A stretch of DNA of 64,000 nucleotides, taken from contig NC_069002.1 in NCBI RefSeq assembly GCF_001194135.2, forward strand, positions 26,354,462-26,418,461. The letters are read 5' to 3'. Positions within the stretch are counted from its first letter, which is position 1, and every line of letters starts with the position of its first letter. Source of the DNA: Octopus bimaculoides (lineage: Eukaryota). The position numbers and the translations under genes are program-made. The notes beneath the pieces were generated by a model, which worked only from the letters and a program-made list of their open reading frames with translations, did no database searches and had not been told where the DNA came from. This document shows positions 40,366 through 51,298 of this stretch, piece by piece.

Positions 40366-41547
40366 TGAAATGAAGGGGAGCTATGAATCTCTTCCACAAC
40401 ACTAAATCTGTTCCTGCTCCTCTCCATACATTAATTGCTCAAAATCTCTCATAAGTAACCAGCCTGTCCCCAATGGTCCTCCTCAGTCAAAGATGCTGCT
40501 TTAGTCTTGTGAGTTACAAGGCCACCCTTCTAGTGTTGGTGCTGCAAAAAATGTGACTTGTGGAATTATATAAAGCCAAAATTGACTTCAATGCATTGCA
40601 GCTCAGTGATGGCTTAACTGGCCAAAACTTCAAAGTCACAGTCGATAATATTCTTGTTTTTAAGAACAAAAAAAATTGTACTCTACAAAAGTATGGAGTA
40701 ACCCAAAAGATTAATATAAAATTGTTTTTATTATAATTGAACATAAAACAAACGTTAATATAATAACTCTGTTCTGATGTGAGTGCTTTTATAGACCCTG
40801 AAGCAGTTCTCTCCCCTGAAAGGATATCTTCACCGTCTCTTCTATCCCTCAGTAAATTCCCTGTCTTGTTCTGGAACCAACTGGATGTCGCAGCAGCAAC
40901 AATCCCCAGTCCCAAATTCCTCCTGAATGAGGAAAAATTGCAGCAACACCAAATATCTACACCGCTACATAACAATCCACCCTTAAACCGAATTACCCCT
41001 CCCCTCAAACCCACATACCCAAGGAAGATTTTAACTCAACAGAGATTATACAAAACCAAGATTAACTTCAATGCATCACAGTCCGATGATGGCTTAACTG
41101 GGTGAAACTTTGAAGTCACTGTCAATAATTTTCTTGGTTAAGAATAATAAATTTGTACTCTACAAATCAGATTACTTTAAAATTCATTTTATTATAACTA
41201 AACATAAAAACAAACATTAATATATATATACATGGATAAATAAATATATATATGGTAATAATAATAATGATAATAATAATCCATGGATGGAATTTATAAA
41301 TATCTTAATGCATCGCTAAGCACGTAGCAATACATTAATATATTTATAAATTCCATCCAAGGATTATTGTTATTATTGCTATATTTAGCCTACATTATAT
41401 TGGCACAGCTCGGTGCGACCCTAAAAAACTGCCATTACCAGTTTGTATCATTAGGCTGTAGGCGGCATAATAAGAGAGAAGCTTTTACATGCATATTCAA
41501 AAGGGTCTCCCGTAAACGAACTTAAAGGATGTATATAATTACATATG

Positions 41548-41600
<53 letters not shown>

Positions 41601-41719
41601 GCATACATATATACACACACACATGTATATATATATACACATATATATATATACACATATCGTCCAACCCATGCTAGCATGGAAAGCGGACATTAAACGA
41701 TGATGATGATGATGATGAT

Positions 41720-41955
41720 ATATTTATATATATACATATATATTTATAAATATATATATTGTATATATTCATATATATTTGTATATATATCTATTTGTAT
41801 ATATTTATATATATTTGTTTATATTTATTTATTTATATATTTTTATATATTTATATATATATATATGTATATTTATATATATATGTATATACTTATATAT
41901 ATGTATATATATTTATATATATGTATATATTTGTATATATTTATGTATATATTCA

Positions 41956-41996
<41 letters not shown>

Positions 41997-42039
41997 TTGT
42001 ATATATTTATATATATGAATACATTTGTATATATTTATA

Positions 42040-42071
<32 letters not shown>

Positions 42072-42072
42072 G
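41720..42072. repeat. Degenerate (TA)n/(TATATT)n array
   Basis: Direct inspection. Confidence 0.95.
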
Positions 42073-43039
42073 ACATAAAACTTCTGTACAGAGAGAAATA
42101 CTCTTGGAAAGAATTTTCTATAGGGAAGCTCTTCTGTAGGGACAATCATGCAGAACACACCATTTTCATAGAGAACCATGGAGCCAAGTGTATAGAAAAA
42201 CTTCTGTCACGAAGACTCTCAGTTGAGAAAACTAGGTGTGAAAAATTGAAGAAATGTTGTTTAGCAGTGAACGTCAATGTAATTAGTGCAAGGAAGTTAA
42301 CTTAATTAGCACCACAATAGACAGAAGTGACGGCCTGCAGCTGTCTAATTCAATGAGTCTGAAACGCAGTGAAATCTGAAAAATAACTGCCATGTTTAAC
42401 TGTCCATTTTAAAGCCATCAAACTGACATTAATGACTCATCCACCTTATCCGCATTATTTGCTAAAAACAATACATGGGTTAGGGACAAGGCTTCTATGT
42501 AGTCCAGAGATCTGCTAGAAATAACAACTGACTCTCCTCAGTATCACACCCTGCTATTTTAAACAGGAAGGACACATTGGATGATGTAATCAAAGTGATG
42601 GTCATAGGTGGATCTTCTCAACCAAACCTAATCCTACCCCCACCACCACTGCCACAGCAACAACAACATCAATATAAACTTCTCTTCCCTCACAGTGAGG
42701 GAGTCTCCACATAGCTGGCTATCTGCTCTGCTAGAAATAATCCTCCAGATTATAGCCAACCACCTTAAAGCGTGGAAGGACAAATTGGATGAAAAAATAC
42801 AAAAATAAAATAGGACGATCATATTTGATTATAGACCTGCTCTGTCAGCACTGACCCAGGGTTAAATACTCCAATGACAAATCACCAGTATAATGACAAC
42901 AGTTTAAATACATTTATATATATATTTATTTATACACACACACACATATATATACACAATGCATACACATACACACACATATACACACACATACACACAC
43001 ATACACACACACACACACACACATAATACAAAAGTAACA

Positions 43040-43246
43040 GCAAGTGGCTTAGTGGTGGTTAGGGTCTTCTGTTCATGAGTTCGATTCTCAGTGGTGTGCT
43101 GTGTCCTTGAGCAAGCCACTTCATTTCACATTGCCACAGTCCACTCAGCTGGCAAAAATCAGTTGTACCCGTAATTCAGAAAGGGCCAGCCTTGTCACAT
43201 TCTGTTTCATGCTGAATCTCCCTGAGAACTACATTAAGGGTCCACA
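43040..43246 (+). mobile_element. CORE-like SINE truncated at the mariner fold-back
   Basis: Matches 33335-33530 and stops abruptly at 43246. Confidence 0.75.
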
Positions 43247-43784
43247 TAGGACAGGTGTAATTACCAACACAGGAACATGTATCATACATCAAAATGAAGC
43301 TGGTCCTCTGTGGATCACATCCCTACTTCTCAACATAGTCACCGTTTCTCTCAATAGCAATGTTCCACCTTCGAATGAGAGCATGTATCCCTGCCCCGTG
43401 AAATTCTGTTGACTGTTCTTTGAGCCACTTCTTCACTACAGTTTTCACTTCCTCGTCACTGGAATAATGTTTGCCTCTCAAACCCTCTTTCATGGGGCCA
43501 AAGAGATGATAGTCTGAAGGCGCTAAATTATTCCAGTGACGAGGAAGTGAAAACTGTAGTGAAGAAGTGGCTCAAAGAACAGTTAACAGAATTTTACAGG
43601 GCAGGGATAAATGCTCTCATTCGAAGGTGGAACATTGCTATTGAAAGAAACGGTGACTATGTTGAGAAGTAGGGATGTGATCCACAGTGGACCAGCTTCA
43701 TTTTGATGTATGATACATGTTCCTGTGTTGGTAATTATACCTGTCCTAAACAAAATGGCATTACTTTTTTGATTCACCCTCATA
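43247..43784. mobile_element. Two mariner transposase 3' ends in inverted, tail-out orientation
   Basis: Minus strand 43523->43325 reads APSDYHLFGPMKEGLRGKHYSSDEEVKTVVKKWLKEQSTEFHGAGIHALIRRWNIAIERNGDYVEK*; plus strand from about 43525 reads NYSSDEEVKTVVKKWLKEQLTEFYRAGINALIRRWNIAIERNGDYVEK*; right copy ends in the TIR ttgattcaccctcata. Confidence 0.93.
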
Positions 43785-46357
43785 TTTTAATTGCTACAAA
43801 GCTATAGCTTGAACAGCCTTGTTGCTCTTTCAACACTGTATCTACTCTAACAAATACAGCATGACTTTAACTACCATAGTACAAGAAAACTGATTCCTAT
43901 AACCACATCATTGCTGTAATTACTAGAGAATTATTGTTGCTACTACAGTACTATATCTACTATCGTTCTATAATTTATACTGTAGCTACTACAATACTAT
44001 ATCTATGACAGCACTATAACACATATAGTACTATTGAAAACTGCAGTACTGGTATAGCTAATATCATGCTATATCTACTATAGTACTATAATATATACCA
44101 TACTATTATAGCTGCTATATGTCATTACTATTACATTTGAGCACAGTTTTATTAAGTGTGTCTTTCTGTGTTGCTTCTTCTCTCTATTCTTTATTCATGG
44201 TTCCTGTGTATTTCTTGTTGAGAAGCTTTTGATATAAAAATTTACTGAAATGAATAGAAAAAAAAAAGAGATCAATTTAGGTATTTGACTGTCTAAATCA
44301 TCTGCCACACTAACTGAAAGGAGTTGGTTTCACTCTAAATGTTGTATTAGAAACTTGAGATGATTGAAACAGCCATTAAAAAAACATAATAAAATAGAAA
44401 ACTCTAGAACTGGCAGTAATTTTTTCGTTCAATGTGGTCATTAGACATCAGGGAAAGATGAGTAGAGGAAACTGCTGTTGAGAATATAGAAATGCACGAC
44501 GGAAGCTTTAGTGAATGTTGCAATGTGTTACATCTAGCATGCAGTGCAGTGCATTGAATTATTATGCAATTATGCACTTCCGTCCTTTTTTTAGGTTTTG
44601 CTTTTGCACTTACCATTTGCGAATCTGATTGGTTGTTGCCTGCGATACCTCACTGGTTCACTCACCAATTCTTTCTTTGTTGCTTCATTGGTGTGCAGGT
44701 TGAAAAGTGAGACTGTTGGATGAGGTGGGATGGGATGGGATGGGACAAAGTGGGATAGAACACGATGGGGTGGAGTGTGAGGAGATGGAATAGGGTGGGA
44801 TGAGGTGAGATAAACTGGGAGAGATGTATTTTGACATATGCATGTATATATGCAAAAGAAAGAACTCAATACTGAAAAATAGAGCAAAGGAGATGCTAAT
44901 ACTGCTGGACACTAGTTCAGTACTAAATTAAAGATCTGAGCTCATCACACATTGTATTCACAAGCCCAAGTACATACTTGAGCACTTCAAAACCAATTAA
45001 CAAGATATGCCCTACAGCATGCACACCCTACAACCTATATTTTACAGTTCTATATTTAAGAGAATATAAATATGAATAATGTAAATAATTCCTCAACCTA
45101 TATTTTATATTACATGTTTTAACACCAACATATCCTTTCCTCTATTCCATTTTAAAATACCCATGGTCTGCATCTCAGATTTTGCATAAAATGGGTTAAA
45201 CCCAAATGTCCTTCTCAAAACATCTTTGCTGTTCTTACTTGTTCCAGATTCTTAGCCTCCTAGCGTTCTCATTATTACATAGAATTCAGTTGTTATTTGC
45301 CATAGAACAACAAGAATTATATAAATTTTCTCTGTATAAATATTAATTCATTATATAAATGATATTATATAAATATTAATTTATAATTATGTAAACATCA
45401 GCATTTACATATTTATGCAATTATGATAATGTTCTAATGCTTATATAAACTTTATAATCTTTGTCTTTATGTTGATAACACTAGTATGTGTGTGTGTGTG
45501 TATACATATANNNNNNNNNNNNNNNNNNNNNNNNNNNNNNNNNNNNNNNNNNNNNNNNNNNNNNNNNNNNNNNNNNNNNNNNNNNNNNNNNNNNNNNNNN
45601 NNNNNNNNNNNNNNNNNNNNNNNNNNNNNNNNNNNNNNNNNNNNNNNNNNNNNNNNNNNNNNNNNNNNNNNNNNNNNNNNNNNNNNNNNNNNNNNNNNNN
45701 NNNNNNNNNNNNNNNNNNNNNNNNNNNNNNNNNNNNNNNNNNNNNNNNNNNNNNNNNNNNNNNNNNNNNNNNNNNNNNNTATATACATATATATATATAA
45801 GCTTATCTATCTCTCTATCTATTTACCTATCTATCAATCAATCCATATATGCTTCTCTCTCTATATATAATTTGATATGCAGTATATAAACTCTACTATT
45901 CAGAAGTGTATGTATATAATGGTTTCCAAATCCAAGTTGTGTGTGTATATATGTCACAAGTTATAGACCATAGTTTTCCATTTCGGTTGCTGAAATTTTG
46001 TATAGATGCACATCTTTTCGAGGCAAATGTCGTAGGTCAGTCGAATTTTAGATTTCCTTTCTTTCTCCCTTTCTTCATTTCTTACCTTCTTTCTTTCTCT
46101 TTTTCTTGTTTTCTTTCTTTCTTTTACTATTGCATATTTCTATGAAAGTTGTCTTGATTCATCTCCCAAATTACTTGGTTGCAACGATTCTGCGATAAAT
46201 GCCATTCCTCGACCAACAGACAATTGCTAATACATTTTCAGATAAAGAAACGCAACCCACCCAACACTGCATATGGCAAAGTCATGTGACTGTATGTATT
46301 TTATGGATCAATAAATACAAGGCTATGTTGGGTTCTGCTTTGAGAATTTAATATAGA

Positions 46358-46573
46358 CAAGGGGTGCTGAAATGTTGTTGGCTTTAAGGGTATTACGAAA
46401 GGCCTGGCTGGAGGCCCTACCTTCCAAGTTCTTTTACAGGGCTTAGAAAAACTGAAAGACCATTGCAATAAGTGTGTGAATCTGAGAGGGGAATAAGTTG
46501 CATAAAATCATAATAAACTGCTCCTCATGTAGTTTCTTTTACCCAAGGCCAGGTAATTTTCAGCACCCCCTTG
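46358..46573 (+). mobile_element. mariner-derived MITE (same family as 21175-21392)
   Basis: TIRs caaggggtgctgaaa / tttcagcacccccttg followed by TA; colinear with the first copy. Confidence 0.85.
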
Positions 46574-46673
46574 TATCTACTTATCTATCCACACACACAC
46601 TTGATCATTTAACGAGCAGAAATTACAAAGTATTGTTGTATTTATTTATTATTATTTTTGTCAAATAAACACA

Positions 46674-46734
<61 letters not shown>

Positions 46735-47022
46735 AGTGTGTGCTTATTTAGCAAAAAAAAAAAACAAATAATAATAAATAAAATGACCATCCCAAAATAC
46801 AACAATATCTGTTTCAACACAAGACTTCACACCAGGAATCTTTGCAAAACGAATTGATAAATGTAATTATGAAGTAATTTAAGGAATAAGAGTTCCATAT
46901 CAAACTATGGGCTTGGTAAGTGCAACTTCTGACATTTAAAAAAATGAAAAAAAAAATATGTGTATATACTTACGTTTCGAGTTCTCTTTTCTTGTTTTTA
47001 TCACCAAGGATATATATATATA

Positions 47023-48916
47023 TCATCACTATCATCATCGATTAACATCCATTTTCCATGCGGGCATGGGTTGGATGGTTTGACTGAAGTTTGGAGAATC
47101 TGCACCAGGCTCCAATCTACAGCTGAATGCCCTTCCTAATGCCAACCACTCTGAGAGTGCAGTAGGTGCTTTTTACATGCCACCGGCACAGGAGCCAGTC
47201 AGCGGGTACTGGCAGCGGTCATAATCAGTTGGTGCTTTTTAAATGTCACTGGCACAAGAGCCAGTCAGGATGGTGCTTTTTATGTGCAATCAGCATGGGA
47301 GCCAGTCAGGGAGCACCAGCTCCACCTATGATATGAGTTTTACTTGACTCAACAGGTCTTCTCAAGCATATCATATTGCCCGACACATCAGGAGTATTCT
47401 TAACAGGGCTGGACATGCATGGCTNNNNNNNNNNGGAGTATTCTTAACAGGGCTGGACATGCATGGCTGCGATCTCACTTTAGTTGTCAGGTCTTCTCAA
47501 TCACAGCATATCTCCAAAGGTCCTGGTTTCCTGTTATTGCCTCTGTGAAGCCCAATGGACAGAGATCATGCTTCACCACCTAATCCCATGTCTTCCTGGG
47601 TCTACCTCTTCCACAGGTTCTTTCTACAGTTAGGGAGTGGCACTTCCTCACACAGCTGTCTTCATTCATACATTACACATGACCATATCAAGGCAGTTGC
47701 CTCTCTTGCATGCCACATTTGATAGTTCTTATGCACTTACACTCTGTCATGTATGCACACTGACATTACACATCTAGCAGATCATACTAGCTTCATTTCT
47801 TTTAAGTCTGCACATATCCTCAGCATTCATGGCCCATGTTTCACTGCCATGTAGTATGGTAGTTCGCACATATTCATCATACAGTCTACCTTTCACCCTG
47901 AGCGAGAGGCCCTTAGTTGCCAGCAGCGGTAGGATCTCCCTGAACTTTGCCCAGGCTATTCTTACTCTAGTCGCTACACTCTCAGAGCAACCACCCTCAC
48001 TACAGACTTGGTCATCTAAGTAGCAGAAGCTATTAACCACTTCTAGTTTCTTCTCCTGGCATGTGATGGAATCCGTTTTCTGTACATCTTCAGTGTTTAT
48101 TGCCCCAGTGCATCTGCCACACACAAAACTATTTTCCTGGTTAACCTCTCTTTGGTATTGCTGCACCTTTTACGTGTCCATAGCTTACACCAGGTACATC
48201 GTATGGAGTTTCTACCCACGCCTTTTCTGCAGGTCGAGCAGGGCCATCTACCTGAAGGGGGTTGTTATTTGTCAGCCTTTCTACTTACTAAGACTTTGGT
48301 TTTGGCTAGATTAACTCTAAGACCCTTCGATTCTAGACCTTGCTTCCACACCCTAAACTTCGTCTCCAGTTCTGGCAGTGACTCGGCTATTAGAGCAAGG
48401 TCATCAGCATAGAGGAGCTCCCAGGGGCATCCTGTCTTGAATTCTTCTATTATTGCCTGGAGGACAATAATGAATAAGAGGGGGCTGAGGACTGATCCTT
48501 GGTGAACCCCCACTTCTACTCGAAATTCTTCACTATACTCATTGCCAACCCTCACCTTACTGACAGCATCCCTGTACAGAATTTGTACAGCTCTTACCAG
48601 TCACTCGTCTATCACCAGTTTCTGCATTGACCACCAGATAAAGGATCAGGGGACCCTGTCAAAGGCTTTCTTCAAGTTAGCAAAAGCCAAGTACAAATGT
48701 TTATCTTTGGCTAGGTATTTCTCCTGTAGTTGCCTTACCAGAAATATAGCATCAGTGGTGCTTTGGCCTGGCACAAAACCGAATTGCATCTCATCCAGAT
48801 TAACTCTCTCCCTAATTAGTTGGGCTATGACCGTCTCCGTAACTTTCATCATACCCAATGACTGGTGTGGCAGCACCACAGTCAACTGCAACAAGGGGAA
48901 AGGTGATGCTTTAGAT
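47023..48916 (-). mobile_element. RTE LINE, 5'-truncated, with complete 3' UTR, (ATG)n tail and 5' inversion
   Basis: QFGFVPGQSTTDAIFLVRQLQEKYLAK, GVHQGSVLSPLLFIIVL, LLYADDLALIAES, RVRIAWAKFREILPLL, ILHGSETW; frameshifts and stops present. Confidence 0.95.
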
Positions 48917-49147
48917 ATTTATTTATTTATGTGTTTCAGCCAAGTGGCTGCGGTCATGCTGGTGCACCACAAAAATTAATATAAGCAGTTAGGCTCAATA
49001 TGATACCATTAAGGAAAAATTTTTAACCTTTTATCATTACTTAATGTGACTGAAGGTGTCAAAGCACCTATATTGCAAGAAATAAGAGTTAAAGACTCTT
49101 AATGCTGTAAGAAGAGTGCAATATATATATATGTGTGTGTATATATG

Positions 49148-49182
<35 letters not shown>

Positions 49183-49469
49183 ACAAAGGAGATAACCACC
49201 CCATGACCATCTCTAGAATCACTAGACTAGACTAGTTGCACCTATTTTGTAGGCATTGTAAGTAGTGACTACTCCATTGGTTATTGGTTTGGCTAAATCT
49301 ATCTGCCAGTATATATATTTTTACCATAAAAATTTATGGTTGATTTAGTGAAATGCTAATGTGCATATAAAAAATTAATGTAAACCTTTAGGTACAATGT
49401 AATACCATAAAGGAAAAAAATTACCTTGTTTATTATGTCTTGGCAGATCCTTGTGTTACACAACTGGCA

Positions 49470-49640
49470 CTCAAGCCAGTGGCACATAAAAGCACCCATG
49501 ACACTCTCAGAGTGGTTGGCGTTAGGAAAGACATCGAGCTGTAGAAACTGGAGTCTGGTGCAGCCCCTCAGCTTACCAGCCTTGGTCAAACTGTTCAACC
49601 CCATGCCAGAATGGACAACATGCATTAAATGATGATGATA
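49470..49640 (+). mobile_element. RTE 3'-tail element
   Basis: gcacataaaagcaccc...gagtggttggcgttagg...caacccatgccag...ttaaatgatgatgat. Confidence 0.82.
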
Positions 49641-50801
49641 AGGATCACACACACATACACACGTGTGTGTATGTGTGTGTAGTTGTTGCATGTTGTATAC
49701 AAGACAACATTTTCCACAATAAACTCACTCAAAGCACAGGAACAAGGTGAAACAGTGCGCAGTATTTGTTGCCGTTAGTTTTACACACTGGTGGCTGCAT
49801 AAAATGAAAAATTAGCAACAACTATAAATGTCCTTAAGAAGATAGGAAGTCAATTAAGATACAAGTTAATTAGCAATTATTTTGTACGGTAATATTTGAT
49901 TAACATTTTAATAAAATATATCTGTTTCTATAACAATTTTATTTGCGTCACTGCATGTATGCATGCATATGTTGTGTGTGTGTGTGTGTGTGCATGTGTG
50001 TGCACACATCTGTGCATGTGCATATGTGTGTTATGTGTGTTTGTAGAAGGTGGTATTCTGTTGCCGGATCTAAATGACTGTCTGTGTTGAATATTTTATA
50101 TATACATCATCATCCATCATCATCGTCACCACAACCACCACCATCACCAATGCCATCATCATCATCACTGTTATCATCATCATCATCATTGTCCTCATCA
50201 TACCACTATCACCGTCACCATCATCATCATCATCATTATCGTTATCATGTTTAACATCAGTTTTCCAAACTGATGCAGGTTGAACGGTTCAACTGCAACC
50301 AGGAAGCCAGAGGGTTGCATTAAGCTCCAGTGTCTGCTTTTTGGTAGGGTTTCTACTGTTGGATGTTGTTTCTAATAGCAACCACTTTACTGAGTGTACT
50401 GGGTGCTTCTTTCTTCCTTTTCTTTTTTTTTTTTTCATGACTCTAGCACAAGTGAGGTCAGTGAGTAACTCTCAAGATGAGACCCCTTCACTCAAGGGAA
50501 AGTGTGGTATTGAGTGAAATACTTTTATTCCAAATGTTGAGGGGCCAAAATATAGCAGAGGAGCAGCAGTTTTTGTGGAAAAAAGGCACTTGGCTCCCTG
50601 CAGATAAAAAGCTTAAGGTACAAGATGAATATAAGGATAGCGGAATTCAAAGGGTGGGTAAGTAGGTAGGTAAGTTTGTAAGAATGACCAATGGTTGGAA
50701 ATGGGGACAGAAGTGGACAGAGTGAATGGGAGTTCAAGACATAGCCATTGGTGCAAGGCATGGTCATTGGCTTGGGGGCAAAGTGAAGGAATGGGACAGT
50801 T

Positions 50802-50858
<57 letters not shown>

Positions 50859-51126
50859 TATGTATATATATGTATATGTATATGTATGTATATCTTTTAC
50901 TAGTTTCAGTCATTGGACTGCAGCTATGCTGGGGTACTGCCTTGAAGAATTTTTAATCAAATGAACTGCCCCTGGTACTTATTTTCTTTTCAAGCCTGGT
51001 ATTAATTCTATCGGTCTGTTTTGCGAAACTGCTAAGTTATGGGGATGCAAACACACCAACGTCAGTTGTCAAATGACAGTTATCATATTCGGTTAAAATG
51101 TCTTACGTTTAAGCTGGTTCCCATGC

Positions 51127-51216
51127 ATTTCCCTGAAGAGAAGATTACATTCTTATCAACATCACCTATTCCTATGGAAGGTATAATTTGTAATCTTCGA
51201 AACATATGTTGGAAAT
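51127..51216 (+). ncRNA. Minimal type-I hammerhead ribozyme motif (dimer type)
   Basis: Stem I atttcc/ggaaat (6 bp), CTGAAGA 51133-51139, stem II gaagattaca/tgtaatcttc (10 bp, G10.1-C11.1), GAAA 51199-51202, palindromic stem III ACATATGT, cleavage triplet GUU 51208-51210; expression not shown. Confidence 0.8.
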
Positions 51217-51258
51217 AAAAGTATTCAGTTAACATATGCGTTTTACTCCATTTACTAA

Positions 51259-51298
<40 letters not shown>

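Noticed and set aside
40779-41105. 108-aa ORF (MSAFIDPEAV...)
   Set aside because: No family motif, no splice context, and it overlaps a diverged direct repeat; compatible with chance
1761-45889. Long ORFs full of X, YI, CV, HT, RE or SL runs
   Set aside because: They are produced by N gaps and di-/trinucleotide microsatellites; there is no coding signal
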